From Eledone cirrhosa (taxonomy: Eukaryota), in assembly GCA_964016885.1 (NCBI GenBank), contig OZ024753.1, positions 2,108,001 through 2,172,000 on the forward strand: DNA of 64,000 nt, given 5' to 3'. Below the pieces are notes generated by a model. The model ran no database searches. It was not told where the DNA came from and saw only the letters and a list, made by a program, of their open reading frames with translations. The translations under genes and the position numbers were made by a program. Each line of letters starts with the position of its first letter. The first letter of the stretch is position 1. Shown piece by piece: positions 40,137 to 56,517 of this stretch.

Positions 40137-40330
40137 TGCATATATATAAATATATATTAAAATATGCATACATATAAATATATATAAAAATATGCATATA
40201 TATAAATATATATAAAAATATGCATATATATAAATATATATAAAAATATGCATATATATAAATATATATAAAAATATGCATATATATAAATACATATTAA
40301 AATATGCATATATATAAATATATATTAAAA

Positions 40331-40333
<3 letters not shown>
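40128..40333. repeat. 30-bp minisatellite, about 7 copies
   Basis: AAAATATGCATATATATAAATATATATA units. Confidence 0.9.
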
Positions 40334-40380
<47 letters not shown>

Positions 40381-42463
40381 AGAGAGAGAGAGAGAGAGGA
40401 AGAGAGAAATCTAATGAAAGTGTAGCTCTATTCAGCATTATCATGCATCTCTTGCAGTGGTGATGAGATCTTGATGAAACGAAATTGAAACTGATTTTGT
40501 TTAAGCAGAAATAAATGGTATAACAAAAATACAACAAAAAAAAACAAAACCAACCTCACACTAACACACCCGAAAAAACAAAAAGTTTTTAAAAATCACC
40601 AAAAGATAAATTAACAAACAATAAAAACCTAAAGAAAATGTAATTTGCCTCAGAGGTGATTTTTCGGTGATTTGATAATTTAGTTAACTTTCTATTGTAA
40701 TGAATTCTTTCTTTCTTTCTTTCATTTCTTCCTTTATTTCTGTCTATAAATTGTTCTATCTTTCTCTCATTCAACTCGACTTTGTTTGTATTTGACATTT
40801 TATCTTTCTTTCTATCTACCTTTTTTCCTTTCTGCCTCCTTCAGTTTTTGTTTTGTTTTATTTTATGGTCTTGTTTTTATCTGGAAAAATTTCAAAGTGT
40901 TTTTAACATTAAAAGAAAAAAAAAAATCATTTTATTTTTCATTTCCCTCTCTTTATCGTTATCTCTTTCTTTCTTCTTTCCGTACATTTCCTCCCACGTT
41001 TCTATCTTTTCTTTCGTCGGGCGTATGTTTCTGTATGTTACATTGGGAAAGAATAAGCTATTTGGGTAAGAGATTTAACATCTCACCTGAAGAGCTTTGC
41101 GTTCGTATTTCTACAATGGATATGGAAATCACGAAACACATTCCTTTATTCCCCGTTGAGATTTGATACTAATGAAACGGTAAACTTTCTCCTACTTGCT
41201 AAAGCAGTGATAAAGAATCATTACTATACATGAATGAGTAGGCGTGAAAATTAGCATATTTCAGAAAATTAATTACTGAGAGAAATTACACATATTTAAT
41301 GAAGTGAGAATTGAAAATCTAATTAGAAATAATTATGTGGAGAAAATCAAACAAACAAACAAACTATACTAGTCAGTAACTCATTTTATTGTATTCCAGT
41401 AAAGACGAGTGGCAACTCAAGACATATTTTGATCGTTTCAGATCTCATCAGTAGGAATGGTTTTAACATATTTTAGGGAACAAATTCACCGATATATATA
41501 TATATATATATATGAGAAGGGAGGGGGATCCAACTGGTACTTTGTTCCAGGGCCCAAGAGCTAAGAAGACCCCACAGAAACCATGCAACATCCATTTTGA
41601 GAAAAATCTTTGCCTGCTTTGGGCTCCAAAGGGGTCTTGTACCGCATTACAAAATTATATATATATATATATATATATATTTAAATGAAAAAACTCATCG
41701 CTAGAACAGCCGTTAAAACAGCCAAATGCTGTGAAAGACAGCGATGGATAAAAATACCCCAGAGGATAGAGGCCAGTGGTCAACAGAGAGACAATCCACC
41801 AGGTGGGTGACATTCAAATGAAATATAGAAAAGATCGAAATATCCCATAATTTTCTTTCCAGCATCTTAAACGTTTGCTTGCCTCCCTCATTCTCGCTTT
41901 TCTGCTTCGCACGGCACTTGGACAGCGCAATCCGTTTCACCTCCCCCCCATCCCCATTACACGTTTTCATCCGAAAGTCTTGAATATTTCTTCCTATCTA
42001 TACTACCTTGCACTCCTTCCTTCTCACACCAAGGCCCTCTCTCCCTTTTCATTTTAATGCTTAATTTATTTTGTTGTCTTATTTTATTGTTTATTTTATT
42101 CCATTGTCTATCGAGAGACATTCTTTTCTATTACTCACGTGTTACTTCACTGTCTACTTTCTGTATACCTATCGTGGTGTCTTTTATTGTCTCACACACA
42201 TCTCTTTCAGAGGATACACATCCCCCATCTATCTTCTATCATACTGGGACGGACCACGATACCGTCTGTATTCAAGTTGAACTCACACAATATAATGTCT
42301 CTGTTCTTTCGAGATGAAATGTTGACAATATATATAATAATAATGATATTATTTATAGTTATGTATATACTATAAACAGGAAAGGTCAGTAATTTATTAC
42401 TACCTTATCACCAGTCAGGGAAATAGCTAAATGTAAGAACATCAGGTGTTTTACAGAGCAGGA

Positions 42464-43050
42464 ATATAAATTACACAAATATCAAAGTTATGTTCAAATC
42501 ATTTAATTGCTGACAATTGTTTCAACACATACTCAACACATATTCTCAACACATACCAATTTGAACTCTACATCCTCCATAATTTTAATACACTAACATA
42601 TTCGCTTAAAGTGCTTGTATTTTATGTAATACTTTGCCATACAGTATTTATATATGCCTAACACCTTTCCTTCTCATATATATGACTAACGCATGTGCAC
42701 TTTCTACACACTTGCACATGTACTGCTAGTGTCTTCATTCTTTCTCAATGCCTCTTTAATTATTAGACTATTCTCTTGTATTATCTGTTGCATGTATTCC
42801 ACTCTGTGCTTTTAATTTTAATTTTTGTACAATTCTCGTATAATATATGTCGAATCCATTACACCCTGTAAATACTAAACTGTTGTTCACAACATCAATA
42901 TATATGTATCTATATAATTGTTCAGTTGAATAGGAGGTTATATGTACAAACATTAATACTGCTCCGATGACTTCAAACGAAAGTTTGGAAGAAACAATTG
43001 TCAGAAATTAAATGATTTGAACATAAATTTGATATTTGTGTAATTTATAT
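42464..43050 (+). mobile_element. Penelope-like (pLTR) remnant bounded by 60-bp inverted repeats
   Basis: 42464-42523 is the reverse complement of 42991-43050 with 2 mismatches; the right arm starts at the GAAA of a hammerhead-like motif. Confidence 0.55.
42953..43011 (+). ncRNA. Minimal hammerhead-like motif with palindromic stem III and a U4>C core change
   Basis: CCGATGA (42964-42970), stem II TTCAAAC-GAAA-GTTTGGA, GAAA-CAATTG-TC, and an interrupted stem I TTAAT..CT/AG..ATTAA. Confidence 0.5.
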
Positions 43051-45542
43051 ATATATATATATACATGTGTATGTAGCGTGAAATATTCTATCCGGCGTTC
43101 TAACAACCCTGCCTCATATTATATAAACATAATGGTAAATTATAAACACTGAGTAGTTTAGAATCTTTAATAAATTCGTTTTGGAGTTTTCTGAATAGAC
43201 TCAACTAGCCATTGAGTCGATAGTGTACCAACTACCAAAGAAAACATTGACTGTTTGTATTGTACTGTCGGCTCTGTACTGTATTTTGAGCGAAGAAACA
43301 TAACAATTACTCAATAATTTATTGCTGTACCTAGTAGGAATACTGTTAAATTGACGAATGTTTCAACGGACTATCAACATATCGAATTTGATTTCACAGG
43401 GGGATCTGGATAATACATGGATATGCTTCAACACAGTTAAGTTTGTCAAAATACCCTCTAGAAAGACAAGGCCTTCAGTGTTTCTTCGATGGACAAATTG
43501 GTTGCTGATCGAGCCGTTATCATTAGACAGAAATAGTATTGTTACAGGTCACTGAAAAAACTACTACATGGTCACTCTACCTGCACGAAGTAGCATTTAT
43601 ATGTCCATCATATTATTCATTTTTGTCTAAAATATATATATATATAAAAAATATATATAAACGGTATATTCGATAATGTGTTTTCAAATAGTGCACACTA
43701 TTTCAGAAAAGAACAATCTGGTCAGGTTTGGAACATAGGTTTTCTGATTCCGGGATGATCTGGAGCTAAATAACAATAACAGCAAGATGAAACGTTCAAA
43801 ATGCTAATGTGTTTCACCAACAACCTATACAATTTCTTTTTTGACTTATCGGTTGTTCCAGATTAATAAAATACTTATGATGATAGATAACTAATTTTCC
43901 AACAAGAAAGTTTTCACTGCAGACATTCATCTAAATGACATATATATACATATTTATTAATTTTCTTCAAACCATAATAGTTTATTATATCTACATATTA
44001 GACATTATTTTTCATTGCACTTTTCAACATCACATAATTAGATTTAAAACAGAATATTATTTTATATCTACATATTATCAAGTCTTGTTCGTTGTGCATT
44101 GATTCTGAATAAAGAGAACACTTACAAATAGAAGAGAGAAACAGTGGTGTAGTAGCCAAACAAATGTTGATGCTTTGTTGCAAAGAAACCGTTTCTTTTT
44201 CTTTTTGTTAAAAATTATTTTTGCCAAAAATCTAATCCATTTTATTTATACGTCAGAATAGATAATATAGATAATATATATATATATTTTGAAATATTTC
44301 CAAAGCACAAAGGAAAAGTACAATACATCATATTATATGATGACATGAAAAGATTTTATTTTGTTTTTAAATATGAACAAGATCCTACAGTTTTAGGAAT
44401 TATATTAAAAATTGCACGCTCAATTTCGTAGAAGCTTAATTCCAGCTCAATGGCTCAACTTGATGATATGGCAAGTTGTATGAAAATGGAACGGACTTCT
44501 GTCAATTTCGAGGATGAGTGTTGCAGTTGTCCGATCAATGGAACAGCCTGCTCATGAAATTAACGTGTAAGTGGCTGAGAATGCCTCAGACGTGTACTCT
44601 TAGCGTAAATTTTCAGTGTGTGTGAAAATTTGGTCGGCTCTAGATTATGGTAAATGGCATCTGTCTACGATTCCACGCAGTGGGATCAATGCCGAGGCAT
44701 AATGATTACGAAGGTAACTCTTTAACCATTTGGTCATGCTGCATTCTAGGTAGGAAAATGGTACCTGTATGCATACATGGTCGCGTAATTCTCGAGGGAG
44801 TCTTTGGGGTGCAGTATACGACATTTCTAGTGCATTTTAAAACCTGGCTGAGCCCACCGGCTCTCTAGGACTGAATACAGCAGATGTATTCCAGAGAAGG
44901 ATAGAGAGTGAGAGAAAGGAAGTGAGAAACAGATATAGAGGGAGAATCCACCTCAGTACTTGACTGGAACATTTTTTTTACCACCCTCGAATGGATGAAA
45001 AGCAAAGTTGACCTCGGCGAAATTTGAACGCAGAGAGCAGAGAGCCGGTACGACTACCACGTTGCAACGACTCTGCTTATTCGCCACCTACGGAAAGGAT
45101 AAGAAACTATAAAACGGGGATATTGAAAAGCGTTCTAGTCCTGGCCGTTCTTTTCAAACATATTGTATTATATTTAATTAGAGAGTATTTTAATTTTTTC
45201 TTGCATTTGAAAAGATTTTTGTTTTATAGGTTTTTCTTGTTAATTATAATTTAGTTGTGAGCAGATTGGTGAATTGTCTGAACGTTAGGAGAAATGGTTT
45301 GTGTTAACTGCTCCCAGCTCTTTACGTTCTGAGTTTACCGGTGACGATGGGGATGAATGGGGCGGGGGGGGGGGGGGGGGGGGGGGCATTGTTAGAGAAT
45401 GGACAAAGAATGAGTATTGCTATATAGTTCCAGCTGAGATTGATCGAGCGGACATAAAAACAAAGATTTTTTAACCATGACTTATATATTGCTGACAGTC
45501 TGTAGAACCAAATTATCCACCATATTATTATTTGTTTGTAAG

Positions 45543-45733
45543 ACGGTGGATTGGCAGTATCGGTAGAGGGTCGGACGCCGTGCTTTCCAGCATAGTTACG
45601 TCCCTTTACGATCTGAATTCAAATCCCGCCGAAGTTGACTTTGCCTTTCATCCTTACGGGGTCGATAAAATAAAGTACCAGTAATGCACTGGGTAATTGC
45701 TGGCCTTGTGCCTAAAGTAGAAACAATTATTTT
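45543..45733 (+). mobile_element. Full-length family A SINE with an approximately 10-bp TSD
   Basis: A and B boxes, central domain and tail are intact; TTTGTAAGAC at 45535-45544 and 45734-45743. Confidence 0.9.
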
Positions 45734-47513
45734 TTTGTAAGACAATAGAATGTTATTTGAGAGAGTGAAAGAGCGAGAGACTTAGCTGCTATTTTAAGCA
45801 GATCAGAGAACTACACAGAGAGGTATTCTCGTTAACTTAATAATGAATTTTTGCCAATCAGGTGGTTGAAAATGTGCGGGAACTCTGCTTCAGATCTACA
45901 AGCTAGCACATCGACAAAAAGTGACACGGTATAGCACTGCCCACCCATACGTTTAAATGGTGTACCCTCATATATAGAAAACAGAGTATATAAAAAACGT
46001 TATAAAATATGTTCCTTGCGAACGAGTTCCTACCTAGAATGTTCTCAAGCCTCACGTCCAACAAAGTCTGAGGCCGGGCCAGTCTATTAGCGGGACAAAT
46101 TACCCCAGTTTAAATAAATGTGGTAGCTTCTAAGTTTACTCAGAAGTGAGAGCTAAATAGTTTCAGGTCTATATTCATACGTTCATTTGTATTCCTATTA
46201 AGTAAAGTCTATAAACAAAGCACAAAACACCTTATATTTTAACTTGTCATTTCATTGTCATATTCATTTGGATAAACAAATGTAACGATGTAGGTGTTCC
46301 TGATGTTAAACATAAGCTTCGAAAGAGAGGTTAAATAGCTTAAACCAGGAATAGAAATCATACCACAGACTCAGCATACCAGGCTTTTATACGTCTCCAT
46401 CTATGAAACTCACCATATTGTTATGATTATTAGAGGATCCAATCTATACAATAAAACTTTCGAAGTTCCCAGAAATTCGGAAAACCACTCGCTACCATAC
46501 AAAGATGATTAGTATTTTATATATATAGAATATATATAGAATTTCATGGATGCCACAGAAAATCGATACTGCCCATAAATGAAAGATAAAGCATAGTTTC
46601 GTTTGATTTTTTCCAGAATATTTGATAGCTTGGCAGTAAACCACATTGACTAGCTGACAAGAAAAGATTACAGAGAGAGAGAGAACAGAGATAAAAGAGA
46701 AAAGGAGAGGAAGAATGCTTTTCTAAGTATATAACTAGACTTGTGATTTATTCTTAATGAGAACAGAGCATAAAATACGGAGAGGGGGAAATGCTGATCT
46801 TATAGAAATATGACTGGCGTTGCACACATATATATGTATATGTAAGTACACATACATACACTCAATCATTGTGGCCTTTTTTTCTATGACGGGACTCTAA
46901 AGTGTAATTATAATGATGTTTTCGGATGAAATAAGCACTTGGCAAGGTCAACGAAACAATTTAGACAAGATAAATGTTAGTTAATTTACTTAATAACATC
47001 CCCCAAACGAACAAGAGAACAATGGGAAAATTGAACCAAGATCATATGGCATTTGCTTATCAAGATGATATTTCAATTTGATGTGAGTGTCTCATAAGTC
47101 TGCCTGCGTTATATATGGCCCAATCAAAACACAGCAATCCGATTAGTGAAAGGGAAGCAGATAGAAAAGTTGCGCTGGTTGCTTATCAAATGTATGTGTA
47201 TGTATGTATCTATGCCTCAGTGTGTGTATGTATGTACGTACGTTCATATGTATTGATGTATGTTCGTATATATGTCTGAATGAATGTGTATGTCTGAATG
47301 TATATGAGTGTTCATATAAATAGGTATGTATGTCTGAATGTACGTGTGTGTTCATGTAAATATATATGTATGTATGTGTTTATGAGTTTATGTATGTAAG
47401 CTGCAATCAAATGTGATCCTTCTAAAGTAAATATGCTGGCAAAGAAGCAGAAAATAATCTGTACTTGTAAAGCTCACGTTATTATTAGCTGATATTGGTT
47501 CGAGACAACTGAC

Positions 47514-47597
47514 CTTTTTCGGTTTTGGCCAAACCAAATTCCACAAATCTTTGCAACAATTCTGCACACAACGAGAGGTGTATTGCTTTTTCATATA
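47514..47597 (-). CDS. Candidate exon of an unidentified minus-strand gene (YMKKQYTSRCVQNCCKDLWNLVWPKPKK or alternative frame YEKAIHLSLCAELLQRFVEFGLAKTEK)
   Basis: Long poly-T + TAG acceptor and AAG|GTCAGT donor; 84 nt, open in two frames; no recognised homology. Confidence 0.3.
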
Positions 47598-48623
47598 CTA
47601 AAAAAAAAAACAAAAAAAAAACATAAGAGCCCAGTTGAAACCTAGGTGGGTCGAATGCAGATTGCAGGTAGTAAAAATATATTTAAATATTGTTTCTTAA
47701 TAGGCACAAGTAATGTTGGTTGAAGATAAATCGATTAAATCGATCTCAGTACTTTACTGGTACTTTATTTTATCAACCCCGGAAATATGAAAGGCAACGC
47801 TAACCTAGGCGGAGTTTGAACTCGAAATGTAAAGGGCCGTACCTAAATGCTACAACTTTCTACTGGTTTCGGCAATCAATATTTAATTTAAAAAAATATA
47901 TAACCAGCAATTAATTAACAACATAATACATTGGCTTCGTGAGATTTGTTCATTTAAAAAATGTTCATTACATCAAGTATCGTCTGCTTCTAGTATGTAG
48001 AATGCAATGGATCGCCCTAACCCTAACTATATAGTTCACTAAATTGTACACAGTGGAGCTACAATCCTTTACATGGCGGATAATAGCTCACGGCAGATTC
48101 TGACAGTGGAAGGCAAAAGAAAAACAAACAAAAAATTCAGTTTATATCGCTCTACTTTGCTATTTTATTTATTTATTTAAACGTCCGTATAGAGCTAGTA
48201 AACCATGATAGACATGGGGAAATATCTCGTACTTCTTACGGTTGAGAAACAAAAAGAAAACGAGTTATAGAGAGATAAGTGAATATAAAAAACTAACATA
48301 AAGTTTAAAAGATAAATAAAATAAAATTGAATTTAAAAAATTGAATAAGGAAGGCCAGCTCGAGGCAAAATAAGCATACAAAAAGATAAAGAACAAATAG
48401 GAAGCAAGGGAAGCTGTAAAGTAGCTAGAAGGTTCTGTTCTCGAATCTTTTTATAAATTTATTTATTGACAGAAAAAGGGAAAGGCAAAGCTGATCATGG
48501 TTGGGTTTGAATGAAGAACGCACAGAACCGGAATAAATACCGGAAGGCATTCTCCTTAGACTCTTACGTCTCAGTCATTTCGCAGCTTGTAAAAAAAATA
48601 TATACCTCAATATATTGAGAAAA

Positions 48624-49087
48624 GATAGGGCGATGGATTGACAGAATCAGGCGAGCCTTCGGACAACATGCATAGGATAGGGCGGTGGGTTGACAGAATC
48701 AGGCGAGCCTTCGGACAACATGCATAGGATAGGGCGGTGGGTTGGCAGAATCAGGTGAGCCTTTGGACAACATGCATAGGATAGGGAGATGGGTTGGCAG
48801 AATCAGGCGAGCCTTCGGACAACATGCATAGGATAGGGCGGTGGGTTGACAGAATCAGGCGAGCCTTCGGACAACATGCATAGGATAGGGCGGTGGGTTG
48901 ACAGAATCAGGTGAGCCTTTGGACAACATGCATAGGATAGGGCGGTGGGTTGACAGAATCAGGCGAGCCTTCGGACAACATGCATAGGATAGGGCGGTGG
49001 GTTGACAGAATCAGGCGAGCCTTCGGACAACATGCATAGGATAGGGAGATGGGTTGGCAGAATCATGTGAGCGTCGGACAACATGCA
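48624..49087 (+). repeat. 52-bp tandem repeat x9 made of the SINE 5' head
   Basis: GATAGGGCGGTGGGTTGACAGAATCAGGCGAGCCTTCGGACAACATGCATAG units start at 48624, 48676 ... 49040. Confidence 0.92.
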
Positions 49088-49318
49088 AATATTGAGAGAG
49101 CCATAAATAGGATTCAAAGGGTCCCTGATCTCTTAAAATTCACAAAGCAGTTAGAAACATCTATTTGATCGGTGATCAACCAGCTAGAAATAGCTGCCAG
49201 ATCTTCCTCAAAATACACACCAACGTTTTAGAAACTACAGGGCACAATGGATAATGCTACGATAGATACACCATGATTTATCCACTCCCACCGAAAAAAA
49301 AAGAACAAAGACAACGGC

Positions 49319-49534
49319 TTAAACCTTTAGCATTTAAACCGGCCATATCAGACCAGAATTCTCTCACCTCTTTCTGTTCAAACCGACCGTAACAGGCCAC
49401 TCGTACTGATGTTAATGTATTGTTCTCAAAATATATAATATCAAAATCTCATAGATTCGATATTATGTGCGATAAAGCCTTTAGAGTGAAAATATAATAG
49501 TAAATATAGAGTAATGTAAATGCTAAAGGGTTAA
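49319..49534. mobile_element. piggyBac-type MITE (family M1), second copy
   Basis: TTAAACCTTTAGCATTTA / TAAATGCTAAAGGGTTAA termini; collinear with 4975-5202. Confidence 0.82.
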
Positions 49535-50859
49535 TCACGACTGGTATCTTTTTAAGAACAGGCCTACTCAATCAGGGTTGAGCAGGTGCTAAACAACACC
49601 AAAAATATAACTACCACTAACACCACATACAGCAGCAGCAGCAGCAGCAGCAGCAACACCAACAACAACAACAGCAGCAGCAGCAGCAAATGCAGACGTG
49701 GGTCTTCTCTTTTCTTACGTGATGTTAGTTAAAAAATCTCGAGAGAAAGCAAGAGAGAAACATCATTCTAAAGGTCTTACCGTTACTTCCTTCTCTCTTT
49801 TCTTATTTGATTTTACTGACTAGTAAGAAAGTTCACACAATTACTTCGGCTGAACTTCTTTAACAGATATATTTCATGAATGGTGTTCAGAGAAACAATA
49901 TTATTATTGATTGGAAAGGAGATTTCAAAAAAGTTAAAACGAATATAAAGAGAGGAAGAAGAACGGACAACAAATATTGAATATAAAGAGAAGAAGAATT
50001 AAAACTAAATGCAAAGAATTTAAAGAAACAAAATAATAATTAGCTAAAAGTAAAGAAAGAAATGAAATAAAAATTGAATGTGCTGAAGTGAATATGAAAA
50101 ACAAACTAAAGACTTTGAAGAATAAACGTAAAACCGAAGAATTGAAGGATTGGAAAGCTGAAGTTTATTTGAAGATAAATAGAATTGAATAAGGAGCGAA
50201 TATTTGAGGAGTTAAGGAATCTGATTGAAGCAAGAAAATAAAGATGGAAAGAAAAGAATTTGAGTTCATGAAAGAAAGAAAAAAAAAAGAAAATAACAAA
50301 GACGGTGATGAATCGAACCGTGTCAAAGTGGCAAGGAGAAGAAATGATGTGTGCCTATACAGCACTGAAGTGGTTTAGACAGAAGCATGCAAGTCAAGCA
50401 TGAAATGTCACTATATTAGTGAAACGCCTATTTCCTAAGAAGCAATTCTTTGATGTGTTTGTTGGTTGCGATAGCGGCTGTGGTATTGGTGCTGTTGATA
50501 TTGGTATTGTATTGGTTGTTATGGTAGTGATATTAGTGATGTACTTGAGGTAGATGTTTTATTGATAATAATATGGTAATGATAGAAGTGCTGTTAACTG
50601 CTATTAACATCATTCGCAGTATGATTGTTACTGAAGATTGGGTATTTGGATTACGTCACGTTTCCGGCGAATGATATCTGTTAATAAACCTTTTGGCATT
50701 TCCTTTAACGTTGGTAGCAAGAAAAGGTATTATTTTATTTCAGACAATAAAGAGTAAGTATGAACTATAAACAATATTGGTATTAAAGTAAAATGTACGT
50801 TCCTAGAAAGTTGTAATTATTTTTATGTCTTGAGGATAAGGCTACACCTGCGCCCGTGA

Positions 50860-51400
50860 GCTTCACAGGTGTTCCGGTAAGATTGACAGCGTTGGCGTTA
50901 CATTTAAACTATTGATTGTTGCCACCCGTAGGAAAGACATAGGCAGGGAGGGAATCCCAGAGAGTGGAAGTTCTGATGAGGAAATGCTGGTCTTAGTCGT
51001 TAGTGCGAGGCCTGGGAGGGTTGAACACAGGTGATGAGAGGAAGAGAAATAAGTGAGTCGAGAGTATTTGAGTGTAGGAGACACGAGATTAGGGAGATCC
51101 GAGAAGCAGAGGCCACTGTAGCAGAGTTGGTAAACGTTGAGAGGAGAAGCAACAATGCTCGTGAGTCAGAGGATACTGTGTGTCTGAAATCACGTTAAGA
51201 CAATCGGTGAAGGAACATTTCTCTGCATTTGGTCTTGAATGTTTGCGTGACAGCATCACCTCAGATGTGGGAACAGTACAGCAACGTGCATGATACCTGA
51301 AAGTCATATAGAGGCTCAATGATTGTTCTGGCCCTGAAGAGAAATGACACTTTTAGTGATGCAGTCCTAACTATGTTAAGACTAGGGGTGCCCTTTGAGA
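50860..51400 (-). mobile_element. CR1/Jockey-group LINE 3' (RT C-terminal) fragment
   Basis: Frameshifted ASLKVSFLFRAR..YCSHI*G..YSGLCFSDL..HFLIRTSTLWDSLPAYVFP..FK, with YCSxxW- and LWNxLP-like motifs. Confidence 0.7.
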
Positions 51401-52299
51401 GCTCCCCCGGCTTAGCATTTGCAGCGATCACCAGGGCTTTACTTGTCTGCTTTTCGTACTTACGGGAGTAAGGGAACTCAATGTTTTCTTAATATGTGGA
51501 GTGTTGTTTCTTTTGCTATCAGTGTCAATATTTTCGTGAGCATTAGTGGCACAAGGGTAGTGAAAACAGATTAAAATGCGATATGGACTCAATCTTCCAT
51601 TGCAGCTATTTCATTTCTCCCCTCTACTAAGGATCACAGAAAAGTTATGAACATCATCACTTCTCATTTTATTTGTGCCAGTAAAAAAGAGAAAATAGTA
51701 ATTGCGGACATGGTGAATATTATAAAGCAAGAGCTATGATTCTAGCGGACAAGATGTGTAAGGCTGGAGTCATTTTGTTCGGAATTGATAAGGACATCCA
51801 TGAGAAGGCGAATGATGAAGTTAATAGTAAGAAACAACATTGCTGTAGGATGACAGTTTTTATCGTGCCACCATAGCTACAAAATGACTAAAACCAATAT
51901 ATTTATCAATGAACTGCTAAATCCATTTAGCTATAATTTAGAACTACAGAGTACATATTTGTACTGCAAAAGTAAGAAGTGATGTATTTGATTACAACAT
52001 ACGAGTATATGTTCAATTTATTTTTTCCAGCAGAAGGAAAAACTATTTGCGATAGAGAAGAGATTTTTGTGTCAGTTACCAAAAACGAGGAAATCTGGAA
52101 ATTAGCGGCGTTCTTCCGCCTTAGGTAATAGTAAAATAATGCATCCAAAATTTTACACTGCTGCTCGTAAGGTGTTTCCAATTGTATAGTATCGCGAATG
52201 ACCACTATCTCGAGTCATGACTACCGAACACTTGCACAACTATTTCCATGATACCTCGTACACCGGAAAATAGAAGAAGGTTCATATTGGTTCTTAATA

Positions 52300-52815
52300 C
52301 ACAGTGGTATTGTTGTTGATGATGATGGTGCTGTGGTCAGATGGTGGTGGTATTGTTGGTGATGATGGTGTAGTGAGATGTTGGTGGTATTGTCGATGGT
52401 GAGGATGGTGTGGTCAGATGTTGGTTGTATTGTTGTTGATAGCGATGATGTTGTGGTGAAACGGTGGTTGTATTGTTGTTGATGGCGAGGATGGTGTGCT
52501 GAGATGGTGGTGGTGTTGTTGGTGACGGTGGTGTGGTGAAATGGTGATGGTATTGTCGATGATTAGGTTTGTGTTGTGAGATGCTGCTGGTATTGTTGGT
52601 GATGCTGGTGGTATTGATGGTGAGGTGGTGGTGGTATTGTTAGTGATGGTGAGGTTCGTGTGGTGAGATGGTGGTGGTATTGTTGGTGAGGTGGTGGTGG
52701 TATTGTTAGTGATGGTGAGGTTTGTGTGGTGAGATGCTGGTGGTATTGTTATTGATGGTGGTGTGGTCAGATGCTGGTGGTATTGTTGGTGATGGTGATG
52801 TTGGTGTAGTGAGAT
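52300..52815. repeat. (GGT/GAT)-rich degenerate minisatellite
   Basis: Recurring GTGAGATGGTGGTGGTATTGTTGGTGATG. Confidence 0.85.
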
Positions 52816-53094
52816 GTGAACAGAAAAATGATTACCACTTCAGGCGAAAACATTGAAATGTTTTGTTGTCTGAGGTATAGTGAAAAGGTTTTTAACTTGA
52901 CAAGTACATTAGGAACTTTCAAGAAATCACACACAAACACAAACGTCATATATATATATATGATATATATTATATATATATATATTATATATATATTATA
53001 TATAATATATATATATTATATATATATATACACATATACATAAATAATGTTTGTGTGTGAAAGTATATCTCATACATCTGAGTTTTATGGGCCA

Positions 53095-53258
<164 letters not shown>

Positions 53259-53341
53259 GTGTATTAATCTCATAAAAATCTCGAATAAATAAGATTTTCA
53301 GTGCCATATAAGTTTAAATATATCTTTATTTATGGTAGACC

Positions 53342-53386
<45 letters not shown>

Positions 53387-53408
53387 CATGCATGCACACA
53401 ATATAGAC

Positions 53409-55852
<2,444 letters not shown>

Positions 55853-56517
55853 CAAATACTCTCATGACGATTACATATTATTGTTAATATTTTGCTTGTT
55901 GACGTTCTTGCTGTCATCATGGAAGTCTTCGATCATGTTTTTCCATCAAGCAGACAAAAAGCCATAACTTCTGAAGTTTGTTCATAACGAAAAAAGAGTT
56001 TTGTCTTTATTACGTTTCTTTATATTACAAGAAAGCGGTGAATTGAGTCGTTAGAACATCGGGTAGAAGACTTTGAGTCATTCGTTTCAGCTCTCTGCTC
56101 TATGAGTTCAAATCTCGCGGAGTTCAACTTCGCCGTTCATCAATTTAAGTTCGATTAAAAGTAGCAGTCTAGTACAGGGTTTGGTTCTTGCCCTCTATCC
56201 TTCTCTGAAAAATATCTGATATGATCAGACATTGGAGAGAAGATGGGCCAAGCCAGGCATAAAAAATGCACCATAAAACGCAATCTATTAATACAGCGCT
56301 TCCATGACTTCCTCGGGAGTTTTAGGACTAAGAGATGGCGATATATTAAAAAGACATTCTAATTTTGGCTTTCGTCTTGCTGTTTCAAAGAGTGTTAGTA
56401 GTTCAGTATAGGGTGTGAAGCAACTAACTAAAGGAAGTGTGGTTTATACATTTTTACCACTACTGCATTTCATAATGACCAAATCCATCCGAAAGGTATC
56501 ATATTATTTGGATAGAG

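Noticed and set aside
41393-41460. Minus-strand CTGATGA-GATCT-GAAA-CGA..TCGTC hammerhead-like string
   Set aside because: Stem II is only 5 nt and stem I does not pair next to the cleavage site; at best a decayed relic.
48624-49087. CRISPR-like regular array
   Set aside because: No unique spacers, eukaryotic context and no cas genes; it is a minisatellite.
49781-49815. Minus-strand AG..GTAAG candidate exon
   Set aside because: The frame compatible with downstream candidates contains a stop, which shows how easily chance splice-site pairs arise here.
49910-50310. K/E-rich purine tract resembling coiled-coil coding sequence
   Set aside because: Interrupted by stops in all frames; origin cannot be assigned.
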